From NCBI GenBank assembly GCA_025928735.1, contig JAICIW010000001.1, positions 1 to 26,815 on the forward strand: 26,815 nt of DNA. The letters are read 5' to 3'. The notes under the pieces are model-generated. The model ran no database searches. It saw nothing but the letters and a program-made list of their open reading frames with translations, and was not told where the DNA came from. This stretch comes from Rhodanobacteraceae bacterium. GTDB taxonomy: Bacteria; Pseudomonadota; Gammaproteobacteria; Xanthomonadales; Rhodanobacteraceae. A program made the translations under genes and the position numbers. This document shows, piece by piece, positions 8,128-17,293 of this stretch. Numbering within the stretch: position 1 is the first letter of the stretch; every line of letters starts with the position of its first letter.

Positions 8128-9996
8128 TCAGGCCTCGACGCCGCGCAATGCGCGCACCGCTTGTTCCATCTGCTGCGCGTTGGAGGTGCCGTCCATCGGC
8201 GCTCCGGCCGCAAGCTCGATGCGGGCGCGGAAACGCCGCGGCAAGCGCGCCCGGCCCAGCATCGAATCGCGCCGGCTCCACATGCCGTGCCACAACCCGC
8301 GCAGCGCCAGCGGAATGACTGGCACCGGGCGGCGCTCGAGGACCCTCTCGACACCGGGACGGAACGGCGCGATCTCGCCGTCCAGCGTCAAGCCGCCTTC
8401 GGGGAAGATGCAAACGAGTTCGCCCTCGGCCAGCGCCGCGTCGATTTCATCGAACGCGCGCGCCATGAGCTTCGGGTTTTCCTTGCCGCCCGCGATCGGA
8501 ATGGCCTTGGCGGCGCGGAACACGAAGCTCAGCACCGGAACCCGGAAGATCTTGTAGTGCATCACGAAGCGCACCGGGCGGCGCACGCTGCCCATGATGA
8601 TCAACGCGTCCATGAAACTGACGTGGTTGCAGACCAGCAGCGCCGCACCCTCGTCGGGAATCTTGTCGAGCCCCGTTGTGCGTACCCGATACAGCACGCT
8701 GATCAGCAGCCAGTCCACGAAGCGCATCAGGAATTCGGGCACCAGCAGGAAAATCCACAGCGTCACCACGGCATTCAGCAGCGCGGTCACAAGGAACAGC
8801 TGTGGGATCGTCAAACCCGCCGCCAGCATCCCGAACGCGAATACCGCCGCGGCCACCAGGAACACCGCATTGATGATGTTGTTGCCGGCGATCACCCGCG
8901 AAAGTTCGCCCTGCGGCGTACGGCTTTGCACCAGCGCGAACAACGGCACGATGAAGAAACCCGCGAACAGGCCGATCAGGGCCAGGTCCAGCGCAATCCA
9001 GCCGTTGCCCGGCGTGCCGAGGAACGCCAGCCAGTCGATTTCGCCGTAGCCCGGCGCCGTGTGGCGCGCGAAATACAGCAGGATGCCGAACACCGTCATC
9101 CCGAATGCACCCAGCGGCACCAAGCCGATTTCGACCTTGTGCCCCGACAAACGCTCGCACAGCAGCGAGCCGATGCCGACGCCGATCGAAAACAATGCCA
9201 GCACCAGGATCTCCACGCTGGCGCCGCCACCGAGATACAACCGCGTGTAGTTCGGCAATTGCGCGGTCACCACGCCGCCGAAAAACCAGAACCACGAGAT
9301 GCCGAGGATCGAATTGAACACCGCGCGCTGTCTTGCCGCGAGCTTCAGCACGCGGCCGCTTTCGGTGATGAAATTCCAGTTGAATTTCAAGTTCGGCGCC
9401 GCGGCGGGCACCCGCGGAATCGCGAAGCTGGCGATGAGTCCCAGCAATGCAACGCCGATCACCAACGCGGCCGCAGCCATCCAGCCGGAATGCGAAGCCA
9501 TCGCCGCGCCGCCCGCGATCATGCCGACCAGGATCGCAATCGAGGTGCCCGTCTCCACCAGCGCATTGCCGCCCACCAGCTCTTCGCGATGCAACACCTG
9601 CGGCAGGATCGCGTACTTGATCGGCCCGAACACGGTCGAGTGCAGCCCCATCAGGAAGAGCACCACGAACAGCAGTACCGGACTCCTTGCGTAGAAGCCC
9701 CACGCCGCGACGCACATCGCCGCGATCTCGAACACCTTGACCCAACGGATCAGCGCGTGCTTCTCGTATTTCTCGGCAAGCTGGCCCGCGCTCGCCGAAA
9801 ACAGGAAGAATGGCAGGATGAACAACGCCGGTGCGAGGTTCGAATAAAACCCGATCTGGCTGGTCGTCAGGCCCAACTGGAACCCGACCAGCACGATCGT
9901 CGCGTTGCGGAACGCGTTGTCGTTGAACGCCGCCAGCGACTGCACCGCGAAGAACGGCGCGAAACGGCGCTTGCCGAGCAAACGGAACTGGCTCAT
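8128..9996 (-). CDS. MFS transporter (LplT-like) fused to a C-terminal PlsC-type acyltransferase
   Basis: N-terminal multi-TM MFS domain ([17 protein letters not shown]). C-terminal NHVSFMD (HX4D) and IFPEG acyltransferase motifs. Confidence 0.88.
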   Translation of the reverse strand: MSQFRLLGKRRFAPFFAVQSLAAFNDNAFRNATIVLVGFQLGLTTSQIGFYSNLAPALFILPFFLFSASAGQLAEKYEKHALIRWVKVFEIAAMCVAAWGFYARSPVLLFVVLFLMGLHSTVFGPIKYAILPQVLHREELVGGNALVETGTSIAILVGMIAGGAAMASHSGWMAAAALVIGVALLGLIASFAIPRVPAAAPNLKFNWNFITESGRVLKLAARQRAVFNSILGISWFWFFGGVVTAQLPNYTRLYLGGGASVEILVLALFSIGVGIGSLLCERLSGHKVEIGLVPLGAFGMTVFGILLYFARHTAPGYGEIDWLAFLGTPGNGWIALDLALIGLFAGFFIVPLFALVQSRTPQGELSRVIAGNNIINAVFLVAAAVFAFGMLAAGLTIPQLFLVTALLNAVVTLWIFLLVPEFLMRFVDWLLISVLYRVRTTGLDKIPDEGAALLVCNHVSFMDALIIMGSVRRPVRFVMHYKIFRVPVLSFVFRAAKAIPIAGGKENPKLMARAFDEIDAALAEGELVCIFPEGGLTLDGEIAPFRPGVERVLERRPVPVIPLALRGLWHGMWSRRDSMLGRARLPRRFRARIELAAGAPMDGTSNAQQMEQAVRALRGVEA

Positions 9997-10096
9997 CGGT
10001 CCCCCTCGTGTCGCGATAGCCTACAAGCCGCGAGCCGTACAAGGGCTGCCGCGGACACGAAGCCACAAGCGCTTCCATGCGCCGGGGTGACGCGCC

Positions 10097-11395
10097 TCAG
10101 GAGCGCGCGAGCGCCCGGTGCCCGATGTCGCGGCGGAAGTACGCGCCGTCGAAATGGATCCGATCAACCGCTGCGTAGGCGCGCCCGCGGGCTTGCGGCA
10201 AGTCCTCCCCCAGCGCGCACACGCACAGCACGCGGCCACCGGCCGTGATCGCGTTGCCATCACCGTCGAGTTTCGTGCCGGCGTGGAAGACCTTTACGCC
10301 GGTACCGGAATCGATATCCGCGCCGGAAATCAGATCACCGTTTTTCGGCGTGCCGGGATAGCCCTGCGCCGCGATCACGACCCCGAGCGACGGACGCGGA
10401 TCCCATTCCACCTCGATCTGCTCCAGCCTGCCATCCAATGCCGACTCGATGAGCGTCGCGAAATCCGATTGCAGACGCTGCATGATCGGCTGGGTTTCCG
10501 GATCGCCGAAACGCACGTTGAATTCGATCACCCTGGGCGCACCCGATTTGTCGATCATCAGACCGGCATACAGAAATCCGGTAAATGGCGCGCCTTCTTC
10601 TGCCATGCCGCGGAGCGTCGGCTCGATGATTTGCGCGCGGATGCGCCGCTCGACTTCCGGGGTCACCACCGGCGCCGGCGAATACGCGCCCATGCCGCCC
10701 GTGTTCGGACCGGTGTCGCCCTCGCCGACGCGCTTGTGATCCTGGCTTGACGCCATCGGAAGGTAGTGGACGCCGTCTGCCATCACGATGTAACTGGCTT
10801 CCTCGCCTTCGAGGAAGTCCTCGATCACGACGCGAGCCGATGCGTCGCCGAACGCGTGCGCATCGAGCATGTCGCGCAAGGTGCGCTCGGCTTCCGCCAG
10901 CGTCGTCGCCACCACGACGCCTTTGCCCGCCGCCAGTCCGTCCGCCTTGATCACGATGGGCGCGCCCCCGCTCTGGTCGGTGTGTGCACGCACGTGGTCG
11001 AGCGCAGGCTCCAGCGTGGTGAACACCGCGTAACCCGCCGTGGGGATGTGGTGGCGCGCGAGAAAGTCCTTGGTGAAGGATTTGGAACCTTCAAGTTGCG
11101 CTGCCGCTGCAGTCGGCCCGAAGATGCGAAGACCCGAGCCGCGAAACCGGTCCACCACGCCCGCGACCAGCGGCGCTTCCGGACCGACGACGGTGAAATC
11201 GACGCGCTCGTCCCGTGCGAGTTTCAGCAGCCCATCCAGATCGGTCGCTGAAACATCCGCGTTGCGCATGCGTGGTTCACGCGCGGTGCCGGCGTTGCCG
11301 GGCGCCACGACGACCTCGTCCACGTGCGACGATTGCGCGATTTTCCACGCCAGCGCGTGCTCGCGCCCGCCGGAGCCGATGACCAGAATTTTCAT
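10097..11395 (-). CDS. purD: Phosphoribosylamine--glycine ligase
   Basis: MKILVIGSGGREHALAWK, VIKADGLAAGKGV, DHKRVGEGDTGPNTGGMGAYSP and EFNVRFGDPETQ. Confidence 0.97.
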   Translation of the reverse strand: MKILVIGSGGREHALAWKIAQSSHVDEVVVAPGNAGTAREPRMRNADVSATDLDGLLKLARDERVDFTVVGPEAPLVAGVVDRFRGSGLRIFGPTAAAAQLEGSKSFTKDFLARHHIPTAGYAVFTTLEPALDHVRAHTDQSGGAPIVIKADGLAAGKGVVVATTLAEAERTLRDMLDAHAFGDASARVVIEDFLEGEEASYIVMADGVHYLPMASSQDHKRVGEGDTGPNTGGMGAYSPAPVVTPEVERRIRAQIIEPTLRGMAEEGAPFTGFLYAGLMIDKSGAPRVIEFNVRFGDPETQPIMQRLQSDFATLIESALDGRLEQIEVEWDPRPSLGVVIAAQGYPGTPKNGDLISGADIDSGTGVKVFHAGTKLDGDGNAITAGGRVLCVCALGEDLPQARGRAYAAVDRIHFDGAYFRRDIGHRALARS

Positions 11396-11428
11396 GCTTG
11401 TGATCGCGCAGCCAACCAGCCGCGCATT

Positions 11429-12787
11429 TTAACTGCCCATCGCGGACAGCAACGCCGCGTGCGGCAGCTTGCCCGCTTCGCTGCGCGGCAGCGCATCGAC
11501 CAGCTTCAGGGGGCGCGGCAGGAACACCGGATCGATCTCGCAACGCAACGCATCGAGGATTGCGCAAGCGTCGAGTCCCGGCGCGACCGCCAGCGCGGCG
11601 ATGCGGCGCACGCCCATGCAGTCGGTTTCATCCATCTGGAAGACCACGCCGTCGCGCACGCCGGGTACCGCCAGCAGTTTGTGGGTAAGGTCGCCCAGCG
11701 ATGCACGTTTGCCCGCAATTTCGAGCAGATCGGTATTGCGCCCACGCAGCCGGAAACATCCACCGCCGTCGAGTTCGATGATATCGGCAAGCACCGTCGG
11801 CTGCAGAAGCTGCGGCCCGTCGACGCGGGTGCCATCGGGCTGAGGATGCAACGTCACGCCGCGATAGGGCGTCCACGCGTCGACTTGCGCCGTGCGGCGA
11901 TGCGCGATCACGCAGGTTTCGGTGGACCCGAACACTTCCTGCACGGGTGCGCCGAAGCGCGCTTCGGCGTCACGTGCGAGTTCCGGCGGCAACGGCGCGG
12001 TGGCCGAGACGATGCCTGAAAAGACCGGCAGCGACTGGTTGGCATCGAGCAGCGCACGCAGGTGGACCGGCGTGGTCACCAGTATCCGCGGCTCGGGCAG
12101 GTCCGCCAACGCCGCCGCGATGTCCGCCGCGAAGAACGGCCGGCCGGCGTGGATGGCCGCGTGGCCGAACAGCGGCAACAGCACCGAGAATTCGAGTCCG
12201 TACATGTGTTGCGGCGGCACCGTCGCGACCACGTGGTAATCGCCCCCCGCCAGCGCGCGCAACAACGCGTCATTGTGGCCGCTGGAAATCGCGAGCTTCT
12301 CCCAGTGCTTGGGGTTGGCGCGCGGCACACCGGTCGAACCCGACGTGTAGCCGATCGCCGCCGGCAACTCGCCCGCGATCAGCGCCGGCGCATTGGGGGA
12401 CGAAGTTTCAACATCGGTCGTGAAACGCAGGTATTGCGGCGGCGCCGGATCGAGCGCGGCGTCGCCCAGCGCGTAGCTTCCGGGGTGCGCTGCCAGCACG
12501 GCATCGACCGCGTGCGCCGCGCGCGATGGCGGCAAGAGATTGGTTTGCCCGCGCACAAGCAATGCCGTGAATGCGACCAGGAAGGCGTAGCGATCCTCGC
12601 ACAGATTGACGGCCGCCTGTCCCGTGGGCAGGCGTGCCGCCAACGCGCCGACGTCGGCCAGGAAATGGTCCACCGTCACAGGCGCGGCTCCGCGCCACGC
12701 GATGATGCGCTGCCCCGACGTATTCGCCAGCAGGCTCCGCCGTGCGCCCGGGCTCGGGCTTTGCGGTGATGGATGAACGCTCGACAC
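11429..12787 (-). CDS. AMP-binding (ANL-family) acyl/aryl-CoA or -ACP ligase, resembling xanthomonadin/aryl-polyene cluster ligases
   Basis: YTSGSTGVPRANPK P-loop, ATVPPQHMYGLE, VFGSTET, RGRNTDLLEIAGKR and LPRSEAGK. GTG start with a gggag SD upstream. Confidence 0.8.
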   Translation of the reverse strand: MSSVHPSPQSPSPGARRSLLANTSGQRIIAWRGAAPVTVDHFLADVGALAARLPTGQAAVNLCEDRYAFLVAFTALLVRGQTNLLPPSRAAHAVDAVLAAHPGSYALGDAALDPAPPQYLRFTTDVETSSPNAPALIAGELPAAIGYTSGSTGVPRANPKHWEKLAISSGHNDALLRALAGGDYHVVATVPPQHMYGLEFSVLLPLFGHAAIHAGRPFFAADIAAALADLPEPRILVTTPVHLRALLDANQSLPVFSGIVSATAPLPPELARDAEARFGAPVQEVFGSTETCVIAHRRTAQVDAWTPYRGVTLHPQPDGTRVDGPQLLQPTVLADIIELDGGGCFRLRGRNTDLLEIAGKRASLGDLTHKLLAVPGVRDGVVFQMDETDCMGVRRIAALAVAPGLDACAILDALRCEIDPVFLPRPLKLVDALPRSEAGKLPHAALLSAMGS

Positions 12788-12806
12788 AGGAAACTCCCCA
12801 GTCCCC

Positions 12807-13370
12807 TCAGGCGCGAATGATAGCGCCGGTCACGGCATCCGTGATCGGCGTGGGTTTGTCGAGGCCACCCAGCGGCGCGTCCAGCACACCATCGGGTTCG
12901 TCGCCGAAGATCGCGCGGATGTCTGCGGCGCTTCGCGCCGGCGGCTCGCCATGGCGATTGGCGCTGGTGGAAACGATCGGGCCACCGAAGGCTCGACAAA
13001 GTGCCGCCGATGGCGCATGCGCGGTGACGCGCAACGCGATGCCGGCATGACCGCCTGCCACCCATTCCGGCACGCGCGGCGAGCGCGGAAAGATGAAGGT
13101 GTGCGCGCCGGGCCAGATCGCACCGGCGCGCGCGAAGGCGGATTCCGAAGCGTCGCCGATCCACGCGCGCACCTGCGCGAAATCGGCGGCGATCAACAAC
13201 ACGCCCTGCTCGGGTGGCCGCCGTTTCATCGCGAAGATGCGCTCGAACGCCTCGCGGTTGTCCGGATCGCAACCCAACCCGTACACGCCTTCCGTCGGAT
13301 ACGCCAGCACGCCGCCTTCGCGCAGCAGAGCCGCGGCGGCTTCGGCTTCATCGGCATTGAAAACACGCAT
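12807..13370 (-). CDS. tsaC: L-threonylcarbamoyladenylate synthase (Sua5/YrdC family)
   Basis: AYPTEGVYGLGC, KRRPPEQG and VSTSAN motifs. Conserved position after topA. Confidence 0.93.
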   Translation of the reverse strand: MRVFNADEAEAAAALLREGGVLAYPTEGVYGLGCDPDNREAFERIFAMKRRPPEQGVLLIAADFAQVRAWIGDASESAFARAGAIWPGAHTFIFPRSPRVPEWVAGGHAGIALRVTAHAPSAALCRAFGGPIVSTSANRHGEPPARSAADIRAIFGDEPDGVLDAPLGGLDKPTPITDAVTGAIIRA

Positions 13371-13373
13371 GGA

Positions 13374-15881
13374 TCAGAGGTCGAATGGCGGCATGTCGCC
13401 CGCCGGCGCATCTGCCGCGGGCTTTGCTCGCGATCGCTTTTTCGCGGCTGTTTTTTTGACCGCGGTTTTCTTCGCGGCAGATTTCTTTGCCGCCGATTTC
13501 GTGGTCGTCGCTTTCTTCGTGGCGGATTTTTTCGCCGGAGCCTTCTTCGGCGCTGCCTTTTTCGCCGCCGCCTTCTTGAACGCGCCGCGCCCGCGCCGCA
13601 CCGGCGCGGCTTCGATCAGCGCCTTGCACTCGTCGTGGGTCAGCGATTTGGGTTCGCGGTCCTTGGGGATCTTCGCGTTCTTTTCGCCATCGGTGATGTA
13701 CGGGCCATAGCGACCGTTCAGCACCTGGATGCCATCGCCGAAATCGGTGATGACGCGGTTGGCGATCAACTCCTGCTTTTCGCGGATCAGCTCGCGCGCA
13801 CGCTCCAGCGTGATCGTGTAGGCGCTTTCGTCGCCCTTGATCGACGCGTACAGCGTACCTTTTTTGACGAACGGTCCGAAGCGGCCGATGCCGGCCGAGA
13901 TAGCCTCGCCGTCGCCATCCTTGCCGAGTTCACGCGGCAGCTTGAACAGCTCCAGCGCTTCTTCCAGCGTGATGGTGTGCATGCTCTGGCCGGGCAGCAG
14001 CGATGCGAATTTCAGTTTTTCCTCATCCTTGTCCTTGTCGCCCAGCGCGGCATACGGCCCGTAGCGACCGAGCCTCACCGACACCGGCTTGCCGGTTTTC
14101 GGATCGTCGCCCAGGAGGCGCGCGCCGGTGGCCTCGGAGCGATCGACGGTTTCCATCTTGTCGTCGACCAGCGCCTTGAACGGTTTCCAGAACCCCGCCA
14201 TCAAAGGCCGCCATTCCTCTTCGCCGCGGCTGACCGCGTCGAGTTCGTCCTCGAGCTTCGCGGTGAAGTCGTAGTCGACGTATTGCGTGAAATGCGCGGT
14301 CAGGAACTTGGCCACCGCGCGGCCCACGTCGGTGGGCTTGAAGCGCCGCGAATCCAGGATCACGTACTCGCGCGACAGCAATGTCTGGATGATGCTGGCG
14401 TAGGTCGACGGCCGACCGATGCCGTATTCTTCCAGGGTCTTGACCAGTGAAGCCTCGGAATAGCGCGGCGGCGGTTCGGTGAAGTGCTGGTCGGTGGCGA
14501 TGTCGGTGAGCGGCACCACCTCGCCCTTGTCCAACGCCGGCAGCTTGCGCGATTCCTCGTCCTCGGCGGACTTCTGGTCGCGGCCTTCCTCGTACACCGC
14601 GAGAAAACCGGGATCGACCACGGTGGTGCCGGTGGCGCGAAAGCCGGCGTCGCCACCGCACGGAAATTCCACGGAAACGGTATTGAGCGTCGCCGGTTTC
14701 ATCTGGCAGGCGACCGCGCGCTTCCAGACCAGGTCGTAGAGTTTCAACTGGTCGGGCGTGAGATAGGCCGCGACGGATTTTGGCGTGCGCAACGCCGAGG
14801 TCGGACGGACCGCCTCGTGCGCTTCCTGCGCGTTCTTGGACTTGGTCTTGTAGACCATCGCGTGTTCGGGCAGGCCCTGCCTGCCGAACTCGCGTTCGAT
14901 CGTCTGCCGCAGCTCAGCCGTAGCTTCGCCCGAAAGGTGCGTGGAGTCGGTACGCATGTAGGTGATCAGGCCGACGTTGCCCTCCCCGCCCAGCGACACG
15001 CCTTCGTACAGGCCCTGCGCGATGCGCATGGTGCGGGAGGTCGCCATGCCCAGCTTGCGCGCCGCTTCCTGCTGCAGCGTGGACGTGGTGAACGGCGCGG
15101 CCGGCCGCCGCTGGCGCTGTTTCGACTGGATGTCGCCGACGGTCAGTTGGCCGCCCGCGGCCTTCAGCAACGCGTCGCGTGCGGCGTGCGCGTCGTTGCC
15201 GTTGGTGAGGTCGAACTGTTCGAACTTCTTGCCGTTGAGCTTGACCAGCCGCGCGCTGAACTCGCCGTCCCGGTGGGCGAGCTTCGCCTCGACCGTCCAG
15301 TATTCGCGCGGCACGAAGGCCTCGATCTCCTCCTCGCGCTCGACGATCATGCGCAGCGCCGGCGACTGCACGCGTCCGGCCGACAGCCCTCGCTGAACCT
15401 TGCGCCACAGCACCGGCGACAGGTTGAAGCCGACCAGGTAATCCAGCGCGCGGCGCGCCTGCTGGGCGTCGACCATGTGGTGCGACAGCTTGCGCGGGTG
15501 CGCCACGGCCTCCTTGATCGCGCGCGGGGTGATTTCGGAAAACACCACGCGATGGGTTTCCTTGTCCTTGAGCAGTCCGCGCTGTTTCAGGATCTCGCTG
15601 ATGTGCCAGCTGATCGCCTCGCCTTCGCGATCCAGGTCGGTTGCGAGGTAAATCGATTCGGCCACCTTGGCCGCCTTGGCGATTTCATCGACGTGCTTGA
15701 TGTTCTTGTCGATCAGCGCGTAGTCCATCGCGAAATCGTGGTCGGGATCGACCGCGCCTTCTTTCGGCTTGAGGTCGCGGACGTGCCCGTAGGAGGCCAG
15801 CACCTTGAAGTCGGTGCCGAGGTATTTGTTGATCGTCTTGGCCTTGGCGGGCGACTCGACGATGAGGAGATTCTTGGCCAT
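13374..15881 (-). CDS. topA: DNA topoisomerase I with Topo_C repeats and a lysine-rich tail, 835 aa
   Basis: MAKNLLIVESPAKAKTINKYLG, ATDLDREGEAI, SAGRVQSPAL, catalytic ITYMRTDS, GIGRPSTYA and C-terminal GRYGPY repeats without Zn-finger Cys motifs. Confidence 0.97.
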   Translation of the reverse strand: MAKNLLIVESPAKAKTINKYLGTDFKVLASYGHVRDLKPKEGAVDPDHDFAMDYALIDKNIKHVDEIAKAAKVAESIYLATDLDREGEAISWHISEILKQRGLLKDKETHRVVFSEITPRAIKEAVAHPRKLSHHMVDAQQARRALDYLVGFNLSPVLWRKVQRGLSAGRVQSPALRMIVEREEEIEAFVPREYWTVEAKLAHRDGEFSARLVKLNGKKFEQFDLTNGNDAHAARDALLKAAGGQLTVGDIQSKQRQRRPAAPFTTSTLQQEAARKLGMATSRTMRIAQGLYEGVSLGGEGNVGLITYMRTDSTHLSGEATAELRQTIEREFGRQGLPEHAMVYKTKSKNAQEAHEAVRPTSALRTPKSVAAYLTPDQLKLYDLVWKRAVACQMKPATLNTVSVEFPCGGDAGFRATGTTVVDPGFLAVYEEGRDQKSAEDEESRKLPALDKGEVVPLTDIATDQHFTEPPPRYSEASLVKTLEEYGIGRPSTYASIIQTLLSREYVILDSRRFKPTDVGRAVAKFLTAHFTQYVDYDFTAKLEDELDAVSRGEEEWRPLMAGFWKPFKALVDDKMETVDRSEATGARLLGDDPKTGKPVSVRLGRYGPYAALGDKDKDEEKLKFASLLPGQSMHTITLEEALELFKLPRELGKDGDGEAISAGIGRFGPFVKKGTLYASIKGDESAYTITLERARELIREKQELIANRVITDFGDGIQVLNGRYGPYITDGEKNAKIPKDREPKSLTHDECKALIEAAPVRRGRGAFKKAAAKKAAPKKAPAKKSATKKATTTKSAAKKSAAKKTAVKKTAAKKRSRAKPAADAPAGDMPPFDL
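13437..13571 (-). repeat. Nine degenerate 15-bp units encoding xAxKK pentapeptides in the TopA tail
   Basis: AAAKK AAPKK APAKK SATKK ATTTK SAAKK SAAKK TAVKK TAAKK, read directly from the sequence. Confidence 0.85.
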
Positions 15882-15952
15882 GTCTTGAACAAAATCCATG
15901 GGCGGCGGGGCCGCCCCCTATATATAGTGAACGCATGCGCAGGGTGGGCGTG

Positions 15953-17095
15953 TCAAGCCTGACCGGCCGCAAGCCGCTGCCAGCGGCCGTTCAGGGCCGG
16001 CGCCACCACGCCTTCCAGCTCCAGCAAAAGCAGCATCGAAGAGAGGGCCGCCGGAGCAAGACCGGTGCGGTTCGCCAACTCATCCAGCGAGGCCGGTCCG
16101 TCACCCAGACTGGCGAGAAGTGATGCGTAATCAGGGTCTTGCGTCCTCGCTGGTGAATCATGATCCGGTTCGGCTGCGGCGGTTTCCAGCCGCGCCCGCA
16201 ACCCGGCGCCCTGAGCCAGCGCGGCCGGCCCAAGCGCCTCGATCACCTCGGCCGCGGTCTCGACCAACCGGGCGCCGTCCCGGATCAGTCGATGGCAGCC
16301 CTTGGCCAGCGGATTGTGGATGGAACCCGGCAATGCGAACACTTCGCGGCCGGCTTCCGCTGCCAGACGTGCCGTGATCAGCGACCCCGATTGCAGTCCC
16401 GCCTCGACCACCAGCGTGCCCAGTGCCAGTCCGGCAATCAGCCGGTTGCGGCGCGGGAAATGATCCGGCCGGGCTTCGGTACCGGGCGGAAACTCGCTGA
16501 CGACGGCGCCATGCTGCTCGATCCGGGCCGCAAGCTCGCGATGCTTGCGCGGATAAACCAGATCCGGACCCGTCCCGACCACCGCCACGGTGAGCGCACC
16601 GCATTCCAGCGCGGCGGCATGCGCCGCGCCATCGATGCCATCGGCCATGCCACTGGTGATGGCCAAGCCCGCGCGGCCGAGGGTGCGGGCAAAATCCCGC
16701 GCATTGGCGAGCCCCTGCGCGCTGGCGCTGCGCGCGCCCACGATGGCAATCTGGGGCGCCAGCAGGGTTGCGGGGTCGCCCGCGACGAACAAGGCGGCGG
16801 GCGGCGAGGGCGTGGTTTCCAGTTGCGGCGAAAAGTCGTCCTCGTTGCAGCGAAGCAGGCGGTGCCCCGGCTGCGCCAGCCATGCAAGATCGGCCTCCAA
16901 ACGTGCGGCATCCGGTCGTTCGATCCATTCGATCGCGGGCTGATCCGGAGCTGCGGCATGGCGAAGCCTGCGGATGTCGCGGCAAATCGCGCGCGCCGAC
17001 CCCGCTTGCTGCAGCAACGCGCGAATGCCGGCCGCTCCCAGGCCGGGCGCGCGCAACAAGGTCAGCCATGCCAGCAGTTCGTCGAGGTCATCCAT
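15953..17095 (-). CDS. dprA: DNA-processing protein DprA (Smf)
   Basis: IAIVGARSAS, ITSGMADGIDGAAH, FPRRNRLIAGL, VVEAGLQSGSLITA and a C-terminal winged-helix segment. Confidence 0.95.
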   Translation of the reverse strand: MDDLDELLAWLTLLRAPGLGAAGIRALLQQAGSARAICRDIRRLRHAAAPDQPAIEWIERPDAARLEADLAWLAQPGHRLLRCNEDDFSPQLETTPSPPAALFVAGDPATLLAPQIAIVGARSASAQGLANARDFARTLGRAGLAITSGMADGIDGAAHAAALECGALTVAVVGTGPDLVYPRKHRELAARIEQHGAVVSEFPPGTEARPDHFPRRNRLIAGLALGTLVVEAGLQSGSLITARLAAEAGREVFALPGSIHNPLAKGCHRLIRDGARLVETAAEVIEALGPAALAQGAGLRARLETAAAEPDHDSPARTQDPDYASLLASLGDGPASLDELANRTGLAPAALSSMLLLLELEGVVAPALNGRWQRLAAGQA

Positions 17096-17101
17096 CCAGC
17101 A

Positions 17102-17107
17102 AGTGTA
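17102..17107 (-). promoter_or_regulatory. Candidate -10 (TACACT) for a leaderless dprA transcript
   Basis: The hexamer ends 6 nt before the A of the dprA ATG. There is no SD and no good -35. Confidence 0.3.
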
Positions 17108-17117
17108 CGGTGGCCGT

Positions 17118-17149
17118 CAAACGAAAACGGCGCGGACAAGCCGCGCCGT
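17118..17149 (-). terminator. Intrinsic terminator downstream of the LysM/tsaP gene
   Basis: Minus strand acggcgcgg-cttgt-ccgcgccgt is a perfect 9-bp stem, followed by tttcgttt. Confidence 0.75.
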
Positions 17150-17180
17150 CGTGTAGGAAATTCCCCAATTTTCCGCTCAG

Positions 17181-17290
17181 GGCGGCCGTTGTGGAAAGTC
17201 AGGCCATGGATGGCCGCTCTGGTGCCGACAAACTGCTCAAAGCTATACGCGCGTGCTAGTTCCATGATGCAGCGATCATGAACGATCGCA
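17181..17290 (-). repeat. ~110-bp intergenic element, copy A (begins 3 nt after the tsaP stop)
   Basis: First 27 nt match 21365-21391 at 22/27. Last 41 nt match 21433-21473 at 33/41. Hairpin gcgatc-N6-gatcgc. Confidence 0.7.
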
Positions 17291-17293
17291 AAA

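Noticed and set aside
8161-10248. 695-aa plus-strand ORF and other long antisense or alternate-frame ORFs (for example 8447-10078, 12951-14450, 14484-15962, 17297-18499, 19683-21332)
   Set aside because: They overlap well-supported genes and have low-complexity R/A/P-rich translations with no motifs, which is typical of shadow ORFs in high-GC DNA.
15921-15956. Perfect TTGACA plus TATATA upstream of topA as a canonical sigma70 promoter
   Set aside because: The spacing is 24 nt rather than 16-18, and the TTGACA is built from the dprA stop codon.
17272-17290. gcgatc-N6-gatcgca near dprA as a CRP-S (TGCGA-N6-TCGCA) competence site
   Set aside because: The half-site spacing does not fit, and the same hairpin recurs at 21365, so it belongs to the repeat element.
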